Assembly: GCF_000018105.1 (NCBI RefSeq)
Contig: NC_009932.1
Span: 60,001-92,000, forward strand
Origin: Acaryochloris marina MBIC11017
GTDB taxonomy: Bacteria; Cyanobacteriota; Cyanobacteriia; Thermosynechococcales; Thermosynechococcaceae
Direction of reading: 5' to 3'
DNA: 32,000 bases
A program made the translations under genes and the position numbers. This document shows, one piece after another, positions 17,211 through 25,499 of this stretch. Within the stretch, counting starts at the first letter, position 1, and every line of letters starts with the position of its first letter. Under the pieces are notes generated by a model. The model made no database searches, was not told the DNA's origin, and saw only the letters and a list, made by a program, of their open reading frames with translations.

Positions 17211-20200
17211 GTGACCCTCACTGCTCTCAAGCGATGCCCTACCCTCATCGCCTCCATCCTCATCGCCGCTTCCCAGACCCTTCCTGTCTGGAGTCAGACT
17301 CAACAAGTCGGGTACTATCCAGCCCCCGAACTTGCCAATGTTCCTGGGCTAATCTATGACCCACCCCCGGAAGCCCAAGAGGTTTCTTTCTCTAGTCTCC
17401 CCGGTGCCAGCTCTCCTGGTTGGGTTGTCGTGGATGACCCCAACCTCACCTATGACCCCAACCGTGCTTGGCCCGCTGGAGCCACACCAGATCGGATCAT
17501 CAAATTTGGAGACTTAAAGCAAAACCCTCAATTTGCAGGCTTCACTAAACACAGTCTTAGAGACTTTAACAATGCCATTGGCACCGACATCGGCGGAGTG
17601 CCCATCGGCCAGGTTGAACTAGTCAATGGCCTCAACCTCGAACAGGTCAAAGACATTTACAACAACGGCGATATCAAACTCAAAGACTCCGCTCCCCTAT
17701 TCCAAGCCGTCGTCGGAGTCGTCCTCGACCCCACAGGTGCCCAGAAGCAGCTTCAACGCAATGCCCTGAGTACAGGTAAGAAAGCTCTGATCAACGAACT
17801 GAATAAAAACCCAGCCCTCAAAGATATCCCCTTTGAAGACCTCCTAGATGGCAATTGGAAAGGGGCCATCAAAGAAGGTGAACAAGTCTTACTTCGAGAA
17901 ATTGGCAATGACATTCCCGCAGAGCTGCGCCGCTTACCCGTCGGTTCACTCACCATTGAAGTCATAGAAGGCAACTGGGAAACCGCCCGACAACGCGCCC
18001 AGAATTATGCCATTAATGAGATCCAAAACTTTACCCTCAATGAAATCATCAAAGAATTCCCCGAACTCAAGCGAGTACCGATTGGGGGCATCGTCCATAT
18101 CGCCAATCAGCCCCTAGACCAAGCCCTTCCTCAACTGGCAGATATGGCCCTAGAACAGTTCCCTGGCATAGAAGACAAGATCCTAGGATCAGTCCCTGGC
18201 CTCGGTGATACGGCCCTTGGGTCCATCGTCGCTCCCGTCATCATTACCCTGTTTAACAGAGATATCTTAGGTAAATTCGATGCGGCCCATAGTGGTCAGG
18301 ATGGGCCAGAAGAACATTATGGTAGGCCGATCAGTGGTGGCACCCCTGACGCCAAATTCAAGCCAGAACATGGGATTAAGAGTGCCACGAGCAGGAGCAA
18401 GCGACCAGAGCGAGGGTTCCCTCGGTTTGAGATGGCCCCTCTTGAACCAGGAACTACGATACTTGGTGATCCACTTCTAGGAAAAGAGTGGATGAGTCGA
18501 GATCAGGAAGTCCCAGGATGTAAAGGGTTTCTCTGTCTGTTTGGAAACAAAGAACGCGCAGGCATCAAACCCTTTGGCAATGGCTCTCTCACCAAATTCA
18601 GTCTGGGAGACATCACGGAATACGATGACAAACCCGCAGAAGCAAGGCTATGGATCGACTTTCAGATCTGCGTCACCATCCTATTTGAGAAGCACTGCAC
18701 GGCTCATATCTTTAGTTTCAAAACCCCGTGGAAAGTCAAAGTGGGGGGCATCTTCCCGATCCTCGCTCGTCGTAGAGTCCAAGATTACTTTCCAGGGATT
18801 AACGAGAAGACTAGAACCATTGACTTCTGCCAAGTCCCTGACTTCTTAGGGGGAACGACAACAGCGGGGAATAGTCCCCCACCGAATAACAATGCCCTCT
18901 ATGGTCACTTCGTCTATGCGGAAACCACAGGTCAATTGGTCAACGTGACCTCCGTCGATGGGGTACAGGAAACCTTAGCCCCAGATGCAGCCCAAGCCTT
19001 TGAGCAAATGGTGGCAGATGCAGCCGCTCAGGGATTGGATATCAAAGCGATTTCAGGCTTTAGGGACAATCAGACCCAACAGCAGCTATTCGACCTCCAG
19101 ACTCAAAGGCAAGGCTCTCCTGAAGCAGCGGCTAAAGTGTCAGCCCCCGCAGGTCACAGTGAACATCACACGGGGTTAGCCGTGGATGTGGGTACGAATG
19201 CCAACCCCACGCTTGAGACTCGTTTTGCGAATACACCTGAGTATGCCTGGATGCAACAGAATGCTGGGAAGTATGGGTTTGAGTTGAGCTTTCCAGAGAA
19301 CAATCGTCAGGGAATCAACTTTGAGCCGTGGCACTGGCGATTCGTGGGTACGAGTCAAGCCCAACAGACCTTTGCGAATGCTGCTGGAAGTCATACAGAC
19401 CATAATCAAGGCAATACTTCAACGCCTTCAGATCCTCAACATCGTTTGAGACAGTATCTCGCCCGTATAGCCTTGGGTGAATCATCTGGGGGAACGGATA
19501 TTGACGCCCATCCCAATACTGGGGCTTATGGGGAATATCAGTTTATCCCTGAGACTCGCAAAATAATATTGGATCGGTATGGTTTAGATGCTTGGTCCAC
19601 GAATAAAGCCGAACGCGATCAGGCGACCGTCGCATTGATCCAAGCCTTTGGTGACGAGATTGGGACAGACATTCTTGGGTTGATTGAGGCGGGTGAGTTT
19701 GAGCAAGCAGATCAATTGCTTGGTCAGCATGTCTACAGTCGAGCGGGGAATGTGATTCGGTATGGTCAGTTCACCTCTTTACCGGGTGGAGCTGAACAGC
19801 ATGACATCTGGAAAGACCCAGCAATTCTGGCTCAATATGGTCCGAATGGGAATGCAGGGCAGAATCCATTGTTGGCTGCAATCAATACGAATTCACAGCG
19901 GTGTAATCCTACGTTGTTGGTGAGTAATAGTCCCTTTGTTCAGGGTTCCGGTGTGGCCTCTGGGGAGTTACAAGATCCATTATCGGGTCAGCAATATAAG
20001 GTCACCAGCGATTATGGATATCGAACCGATCCAGTTTATGGAGGAACGGGCTTCCATTCAGGCATAGACTTAGCTTGGGATGCTGGGACACCTATAAAGG
20101 CGGCAGATGGGGGCGTAGTTGTTCGCTCAGAGTGGTTTGGAGGTTATGGCAACTATATCCTGATAGACCACGGAAATGGGTTGGCTACTTGGTATGGGCA

Positions 20201-20411
20201 CAATCAAAACAATTATGTGTCTGTAGGCGATAAAGTGGACCCAGGGCAAGTTATTGGAACTGTGGGTAGCACAGGGAAATCAACTGGGCCTCACATTGAC
20301 TTTGGAGTTAAAGAAGGTTTCGTGACTGGGGACCCAAATTCGGGCACCATCGTAAACCCAAGGAAATACGTTAACCTCCCCCCTTTAGGCGGTTACAGCC
20401 AACCATTCTGA
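17211..20411 (+). CDS. secreted multidomain peptidoglycan hydrolase: unknown N-terminal ~560 aa + VanY/M15B D-Ala-D-Ala carboxypeptidase + lysozyme/SLT-like + M23 endopeptidase (1066 aa)
   Basis: GTG start with a signal-like N-terminus. VanY motifs SEHHTGLAVD and EPWHWRFVG (about nt 18900-19350). LGESSGG...GAYGEYQF resembles the catalytic E-S region of lytic transglycosylases (about 19440-19800). M23 motifs FHSGIDL, WYGHN and STGPHIDF (about 20010-20330). Confidence 0.85.
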   Translation: MTLTALKRCPTLIASILIAASQTLPVWSQTQQVGYYPAPELANVPGLIYDPPPEAQEVSFSSLPGASSPGWVVVDDPNLTYDPNRAWPAGATPDRIIKFGDLKQNPQFAGFTKHSLRDFNNAIGTDIGGVPIGQVELVNGLNLEQVKDIYNNGDIKLKDSAPLFQAVVGVVLDPTGAQKQLQRNALSTGKKALINELNKNPALKDIPFEDLLDGNWKGAIKEGEQVLLREIGNDIPAELRRLPVGSLTIEVIEGNWETARQRAQNYAINEIQNFTLNEIIKEFPELKRVPIGGIVHIANQPLDQALPQLADMALEQFPGIEDKILGSVPGLGDTALGSIVAPVIITLFNRDILGKFDAAHSGQDGPEEHYGRPISGGTPDAKFKPEHGIKSATSRSKRPERGFPRFEMAPLEPGTTILGDPLLGKEWMSRDQEVPGCKGFLCLFGNKERAGIKPFGNGSLTKFSLGDITEYDDKPAEARLWIDFQICVTILFEKHCTAHIFSFKTPWKVKVGGIFPILARRRVQDYFPGINEKTRTIDFCQVPDFLGGTTTAGNSPPPNNNALYGHFVYAETTGQLVNVTSVDGVQETLAPDAAQAFEQMVADAAAQGLDIKAISGFRDNQTQQQLFDLQTQRQGSPEAAAKVSAPAGHSEHHTGLAVDVGTNANPTLETRFANTPEYAWMQQNAGKYGFELSFPENNRQGINFEPWHWRFVGTSQAQQTFANAAGSHTDHNQGNTSTPSDPQHRLRQYLARIALGESSGGTDIDAHPNTGAYGEYQFIPETRKIILDRYGLDAWSTNKAERDQATVALIQAFGDEIGTDILGLIEAGEFEQADQLLGQHVYSRAGNVIRYGQFTSLPGGAEQHDIWKDPAILAQYGPNGNAGQNPLLAAINTNSQRCNPTLLVSNSPFVQGSGVASGELQDPLSGQQYKVTSDYGYRTDPVYGGTGFHSGIDLAWDAGTPIKAADGGVVVRSEWFGGYGNYILIDHGNGLATWYGHNQNNYVSVGDKVDPGQVIGTVGSTGKSTGPHIDFGVKEGFVTGDPNSGTIVNPRKYVNLPPLGGYSQPF

Positions 20412-20421
20412 GCAAAAAGTC

Positions 20422-20802
20422 ATGAGAAAAACACTTATATTCACAACGTTTTTAATAGCAGGTCTGGCTAACCTATCCCCTGCCAAAGCCAACCCCGCTG
20501 CCGAGCAATGCCTAAATCAGATTAGGCTAAGCCAAGAGGAAGGTTCTCCGTCTGACTCAGCAAAGTTACTTGCTTCAATTGAGCACAATGGAAGCCAATA
20601 CCACTTGATTCGAGAGGGCTACAACCTTCCAGGTGTACCTAATGCGAGAACTTACCTCAGAACCAATGCCCAAGGAGACTGTCAGGAAGTGTTGTCATAT
20701 CTTGAAGGTTCCTACCCTTCTCAGAAAGTATATGAGGATCGGCTGGGCACAGCAGTCTTTAATAAACTAAGGCAAGCAGCTCGGTCGCAATCAGGGAAAT
20801 GA
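20422..20802 (+). CDS. small secreted protein, function unknown (126 aa)
   Basis: The ATG lies 10 nt after the hydrolase stop. Signal peptide MRKTLIFTTFLIAGLANLSPAKA. Two Cys residues in the mature part. Confidence 0.6.
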   Translation: MRKTLIFTTFLIAGLANLSPAKANPAAEQCLNQIRLSQEEGSPSDSAKLLASIEHNGSQYHLIREGYNLPGVPNARTYLRTNAQGDCQEVLSYLEGSYPSQKVYEDRLGTAVFNKLRQAARSQSGK

Positions 20803-21081
20803 TTTTGGCTGCCCGGTAAATCTTGTCTGTGGTTTCGTTAGTCTATTTCTAGCGTGTTCCCATGCAAATTACCGTTCAATCTCTCATGCTACCTAAAGAA
20901 CAGGTTGGACTCTGCCAAACCATCTGTTGTTCTGATTCAGAAAGGGGGCATGCCGAGATACGTGTAAAAACATGCAAGATGGTGCCAGAAGCTATATACA
21001 TCAGTGCTTTTGAAGATTTAGCTTTTAGACTTTTAGATCGCCTCATAGGATGTCAAACAGCTCCGAAAAGCTTTGCCTAGA

Positions 21082-21291
21082 CTAGATTTCGTCAAACTTA
21101 ATCGGTAGTTGAATGGCTTGTTCAAAAGGTACAGGTACGGTCTCCAGATCCAAGACAAAATCTCCAAACCGCTTCAACTGCTCAGTCAGATAAGGACTCA
21201 TCGTTGCCAGTGCCTCACGATCAATCGGATATCCCTCCGCACTGAGCTGTTGCAATGCCAGAGACATATCAACGGCATTCTGGAAAATCAC
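21082..21291 (-). pseudogene. Tn3-family transposase C-terminal remnant (left arm)
   Basis: SAVIFQNAVDMSLALQQLSAEGYPIDREALATMSPYLTEQLKRFGDFVLD aligns with the remembered Tn3 TnpA C-terminus NAICVWNTVYMEKAVEELKARGEF..L....PLGWEHINFLGEYKFE. Only about 70-110 codons remain and no N-terminal part is present. Confidence 0.6.
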
Positions 21292-21429
21292 AGCGCTGAT
21301 TAAATTACCACACAGCGGCTTTCTTTCAATCCCTCCAATACTTCTACTTCCTACTCCGCTAGGTAGTGGTTTGTGATGGTTTTCGACTGGCCAATGCCCT
21401 TCGGAGAGACAAGAACTGCCAAGTAAAGG

Positions 21430-21478
21430 TTGACAAGTGACTGGTGGTTGCTTATTATGTGACCAGTGGTTACTTATT
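21430..21478 (+). promoter_or_regulatory. sigma70-type promoter with tandem 20-bp operator-like repeats upstream of the TetR gene
   Basis: TTGACA (21430-21435), a 17-nt spacer, then TATTAT (21453-21458). The direct repeats GTGACTGGTGGTTGCTTATT (21437-21456) and GTGACCAGTGGTTACTTATT (21459-21478) match at 17 of 20 positions, have a 22-bp period, and overlap the -10 and the predicted start site. Confidence 0.55.
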
Positions 21479-21483
21479 TATCT

Positions 21484-22140
21484 ATGAGTTGGGCAAGAGC
21501 ACGGAGTCAAAGCCAAAAAGCTGCTAGGCGAGAGGAAATTCTTGAAGCAGCTCAGTCTCTTTTCTCTGAGCTGGCATATGAAGAAATTAGCCTCAACGGG
21601 ATTGCCCGTGAAGCAGGAATTAGCAAAGCCAATATTTATCGCTACTTCTCGACCCGAGAGGAGATTTTCTTAGTCATTTACGAAGCAGAACAAATTGTAT
21701 TTGTGCGCGCATTAATAAACCGACTTCAGCAAATGGCATCGGTGGATAACGTATCGGAAATGACTCAGGTTTGGGTCGAAACACTGCTGCAACATGAAAC
21801 ATTACTCAATCTGATTCCCCAACTTTCAATCTCCATGGAGCGTAATTCCTCCGTTGAGCAACTGATTAAATTCAAAAAACAAGGTTATACCACCTACCAA
21901 GAACTATTAGAGAGTTTGGTATCGGTGTTCCCCCGCCTCAATCAGCAGCAGTGGATCATGGTGATTCAATGCACCTACTCAATGATTGCTGGCCTTTGGC
22001 CCCTCTCTAATCCCAGTGAAAATTTGCTGGAAGCGCTGCGGCATCCAGAAGTCAATCAGCCCCCCTGGGAATTTGAATCGACGATGACGTATGGACTATC
22101 CGCGTTAATTCATGGGGCGATCGCAATCAATAACGAATAA
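21484..22140 (+). CDS. TetR/AcrR-family transcriptional regulator (218 aa; GTG 21466 is an alternative start)
   Basis: N-terminal HTH REEILEAAQSLFSELAYEEISLNGIAREAGISKANIYRYFSTREEIF is a canonical TetR_N signature. Confidence 0.85.
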   Translation: MSWARARSQSQKAARREEILEAAQSLFSELAYEEISLNGIAREAGISKANIYRYFSTREEIFLVIYEAEQIVFVRALINRLQQMASVDNVSEMTQVWVETLLQHETLLNLIPQLSISMERNSSVEQLIKFKKQGYTTYQELLESLVSVFPRLNQQQWIMVIQCTYSMIAGLWPLSNPSENLLEALRHPEVNQPPWEFESTMTYGLSALIHGAIAINNE

Positions 22141-22202
22141 TTTACCCGATAGCAAAGCCGTTCAATATCAACCCTCAATCACCACAATCAGGAGTCAAAC
22201 TC

Positions 22203-23048
22203 ATGAATCAGAAAACGGTCCTAATCACAGGGGCAAGTTCAGGATTTGGTAAACTGGCCGCCCTGAAGTTTCAGCAATCTGGCTGGAATGTGGTGGCTAC
22301 AATGCGTTCTCCGGAGCGCGAAACGGACCTCACACAACTTGAAAATGTAGTTGTAACCCGACTCGATGTAACTGAACCAGCCAGTATTGAAGTCGCGGTT
22401 AAATTGACAATCACCACCTTTGGCACCATTGATGTGCTGGTTAATAACGCAGGCTACGGTGGCCACTCCCTGTTTGAGCAAGCAACAGACGAAAACATTC
22501 GGGCAATGTTTGAAACCAACGTCTTTGGCGTCATGAATGTGTCCCGTGCCGTTTTGCCGTTTATGCGTCAACAAAAATCAGGCTGCATCATTAACGTAAC
22601 GTCCATGGCAGGTATGCTCGCCGCACCCACCATCTCAATTTACGCCTCAACCAAGCATGCTGTTCAGGGCCTCACGGAAGGTATGGCCTTTGATTACAAG
22701 CCATTTAACATTCGAGTAAAAAGTGTTCTACCTGGGGCCTATCCGACGACCCGGTTTAATGCCAATACCAGCGACATCCTTAAAGCTGGAGATGCCGAAC
22801 TAGTGGCTCATGCTGAGAAGTTGCATACTCACTTGCAAGACGTCGCTCAGAAGATGGCCAACCAGGGTGGCCAAGTTGCTGATCCTCAAGAAGTAGCCGA
22901 CAAAATTTTTGAATGTGCGACCCAAGACACCCCCATCAACAACCCGGTCGGTTCTGATGCAGAAATGCTAGCAGGGATGATCGCTAAAGCTGACTCTCGC
23001 CAGGCCTTTATCGACCAAGTTACCCCATTACTAATGCCGCCAGTGTAA
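22203..23048 (+). CDS. short-chain dehydrogenase/reductase (classical SDR, 281 aa)
   Basis: AGGAG RBS. TGASSGFG cofactor motif, NNAG, a catalytic Ser in the VTSMAG context, and YASTKHA (YxxxK). Confidence 0.9.
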   Translation: MNQKTVLITGASSGFGKLAALKFQQSGWNVVATMRSPERETDLTQLENVVVTRLDVTEPASIEVAVKLTITTFGTIDVLVNNAGYGGHSLFEQATDENIRAMFETNVFGVMNVSRAVLPFMRQQKSGCIINVTSMAGMLAAPTISIYASTKHAVQGLTEGMAFDYKPFNIRVKSVLPGAYPTTRFNANTSDILKAGDAELVAHAEKLHTHLQDVAQKMANQGGQVADPQEVADKIFECATQDTPINNPVGSDAEMLAGMIAKADSRQAFIDQVTPLLMPPV

Positions 23049-23112
23049 TAAGTCACCCGCCAACACAGTCATCACACGATTCAACGTCATCACGCTCATC
23101 AAGAGGTCAGAT

Positions 23113-23988
23113 ATGTTTGGCAATATGGTTTCCAATATGATGGTCAAGCCATCCCAGTCACCGTTGTTTGACAGTCCTACAGACTATGGACTCAACTACG
23201 AAAATGTGGAGTTCAAAGCGCGTGACGGTGTAACCCTGCGGGGCTGGTTGATCAAAGGAGGCACAGACCGCGTGATTGTGCAGAGCCATTTTGGTGTGCA
23301 ATGCAACCGTGGTGGCTGGTCTCCCAAAGGCAGAGGGCCGATCGCACCCTGGAAAGAAGACATCAAGTTTTTACGCCAGGCCAAATACCTTGCTGAGCAG
23401 GGCTATTCCGTATTGATGTATGACCTGCGGGGGCATGGAGAAAGCGACCTAGGTACGATTCCGTGGGTGAGCTGGGGGCCTGAAGAAGCTAAGGATGTCG
23501 TGGCAGCAGTAGACTTTGTTTCGGCTCGACCTGAGTTTGCCAATGCCAGTGTGGGGCTGCTTAGTATCTGCATGGGGGCTGCTTCCACCACCTATGCCTA
23601 CGGCTTAGCAGATGGGTTAGCCAGTCGTGACAAGGTAAAGGCGCTGGTTAACGTGCAGCCCCTGCTTTACAGCTACTTCGTCAAAGCACTGGGCATGCCT
23701 GGATTTATGGAGCGCGCTGGGGCCAAGGTCTCCCGCGATCGCCTTGGCTTCAATATGGCTGAGCCCAACTTTATCAACGATGCCCCTAAAATTTCAGTCC
23801 CCACATTGGTCCTTCAGAACCAGAACGATCCCTGGACCAATCTAGACATGGTGCGGTCCTACTACGATGCCCTGACCGTGGAAAAAGATCTGCGGATGCT
23901 GGACTTAGAAGCCAGCCGGTTTGCGGGCTACGACTATCTGGGACGGTCTCCAGAAGCGTTTGTGGGCTGGTTTGATCAGCACATCTAA
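23113..23988 (+). CDS. alpha/beta-fold hydrolase, apparently with a Cys at the nucleophile elbow (291 aa)
   Basis: YDLRGHGESD loop typical of alpha/beta hydrolases. The nucleophile-elbow position reads S-I-C-M-G (Cys codon 23569-23571) rather than GxSxG. A late NDPW segment is consistent with the acid-residue loop. Confidence 0.7.
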   Translation: MFGNMVSNMMVKPSQSPLFDSPTDYGLNYENVEFKARDGVTLRGWLIKGGTDRVIVQSHFGVQCNRGGWSPKGRGPIAPWKEDIKFLRQAKYLAEQGYSVLMYDLRGHGESDLGTIPWVSWGPEEAKDVVAAVDFVSARPEFANASVGLLSICMGAASTTYAYGLADGLASRDKVKALVNVQPLLYSYFVKALGMPGFMERAGAKVSRDRLGFNMAEPNFINDAPKISVPTLVLQNQNDPWTNLDMVRSYYDALTVEKDLRMLDLEASRFAGYDYLGRSPEAFVGWFDQHI

Positions 23989-24449
23989 TACGACCAGCAA
24001 CCTCAAGCGCCAAACCCCGGTGAATCCTTGGCTGAATATGTCAGGTGATTGCGTCTTGGTCAAGGTCTCAATCAGAAAGAGTTAACGGCTAAAGCAAATG
24101 TGCATCTGCAGAGTATTGGCAAGATTGAACGGGGGAAGACCACTAAACTTAATCACAAAACCAAGAATGGTCTTGCTTATGCCCTAGGCGTGCCAGCAGA
24201 GTACTTTGAGGCTGTATGTCGAGGGATTGCTGTGGAGGCGGCTTCTCGATTGAAGTTCTGCCAACTTGCTGAGTGCTGGGAACGATCCCGGATCCATTAC
24301 GGATGCCTCTAAGAGCAAAATACTGTTTTGCTTGTGCTGCTGAGCTAAGAAGTTGGTGTAGTCAATGCAATGAACCGATGCTTTCCCTCAAACATCGGTT
24401 CTGTTCCTTCTGTGGTCAAGCTTATAAATCCACTCCAGTCAACACATAA
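23989..24449 (+). pseudogene. degraded XRE-HTH / zinc-ribbon regulator gene
   Basis: The frame reads ...PNPGESLAEYVR-TGA(24046-24048)-LRLGQGLNQKELTAKANVHLQSIGKIERG (HTH). It stops at 24310-24312, and the Cys-rich tail (...CSQCNEPMLSLKHRFCSFCGQAYKS*) continues in another frame to 24449. There is no ATG upstream. Confidence 0.5.
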
Positions 24450-24464
24450 ATCGTGGTCGCTAGA

Positions 24465-25496
24465 TTATGACATTTCACGTACAATGTCGGGAGTTTTCCC
24501 CGTCCAGAGATGAAAGGCTCGGAAGAATGAACTGGGTTCACTATAGCCAAGCAGCAAGGATATTTCTGCACTTGAATAGGGTGTATTAACAAGATAGTGA
24601 TTAGCCAATTCCGCCCTTAAGCTGCTCAGTTCTTGCTTAAAGCTTGTATTTTCATCTTGCAGCCGTCGCTGTAAAGTGCGTGTGCTGACTGCCAGCCTTT
24701 TCGCGACATCAGCCATCGTGCATTGACCGCTGGCAAGAATTTCCATTAGACAAGCCCGAACGCGATCCCGAAAATGCGCATCTACTTCTAGATGCTGCAT
24801 ACGCTTGTGCAATTCAGGCTCGAAAATCGACCACATCCCAGCATTAGCGGTTAGAAATGGCTTTTGCGCATCTGCCGCTGAAAAGACAACACCATCAAGC
24901 TCACCGTTGTCCAGAGGTACACCGAAGAAAGCCTCATATTCTTTTGAACCGGGAATCGTGAAAGTACTTTGCACCTTAAGTGGAATAATGAAAGCGCGGG
25001 TCGCCAATCGAGTCAAATGCACGAGTAGCGCTAGCTCCATAGCAATGAGAGATTGGGGGATCGGTGGGTGTCCCGGAAGCTCTCCCAGGGCGATCTGAGT
25101 GTCATGGATAGTTTGTGTAACATCAAGGCGAAAAGGGCCAATCAATCGTTTATATAAGGCTAATCGCTGGATACCCTGATTGAGATTTTCGCTGCAAATA
25201 CAGGCAAAAATAGGTGGGCTGAAAGACTCTACGGTGATAGATTGAGCAATCCGTAACGGAAAAGTTGGATCCTTTAATAAAAGAGTTTCTAACCCTTCCC
25301 AAAAACGAAAATACTCCGTGGAAGTTAGGGCAGGAGTAGGCTGGCAGAATAGGTCTAGGGGTAAATTCGCTTGACGTAATATCGCCTGGGGAGACACACC
25401 CAAATCTTTCAGCAAGACTTGCCAGCCCGAATCCAATACGAATTTATGGTTTGTTGGGTTCATTGAAACGATATCCCTGCACAGTAGTCGAGCCAC
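24465..25496 (-). CDS. AraC/XylS-family transcriptional regulator with N-terminal AraC-type ligand-binding domain (343 aa; ATG 25463 is an alternative start)
   Basis: C-terminal double HTH: DVAKRLAVSTRTLQRRLQDENTSFKQ...AEISLLLGYSEPSSFFRAFHLWTGKTP. Last gene of the minus-strand SDR-SDR-AraC string. Confidence 0.85.
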   Translation of the reverse strand: MARLLCRDIVSMNPTNHKFVLDSGWQVLLKDLGVSPQAILRQANLPLDLFCQPTPALTSTEYFRFWEGLETLLLKDPTFPLRIAQSITVESFSPPIFACICSENLNQGIQRLALYKRLIGPFRLDVTQTIHDTQIALGELPGHPPIPQSLIAMELALLVHLTRLATRAFIIPLKVQSTFTIPGSKEYEAFFGVPLDNGELDGVVFSAADAQKPFLTANAGMWSIFEPELHKRMQHLEVDAHFRDRVRACLMEILASGQCTMADVAKRLAVSTRTLQRRLQDENTSFKQELSSLRAELANHYLVNTPYSSAEISLLLGYSEPSSFFRAFHLWTGKTPDIVREMS

Positions 25497-25499
25497 CAG

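Noticed and set aside
17108-17359. 83-aa + strand ORF
   Set aside because: It spans the terminator, the promoter box and the leader hairpin, and it is out of frame with the hydrolase gene, which has much stronger support.
20862-21080. 72-aa + strand ORF
   Set aside because: It runs across the terminal inverted repeat and 3' UTR of the Tn3-type arm, antisense to the transposon end. There is no RBS.
22239-22574. 111-aa minus-strand ORF, plus similar antisense ORFs in cargo genes (23196-23384, 23403-23591, 24805-25098, 26904-27119)
   Set aside because: They are antisense shadows of well-supported SDR, hydrolase and AraC genes.
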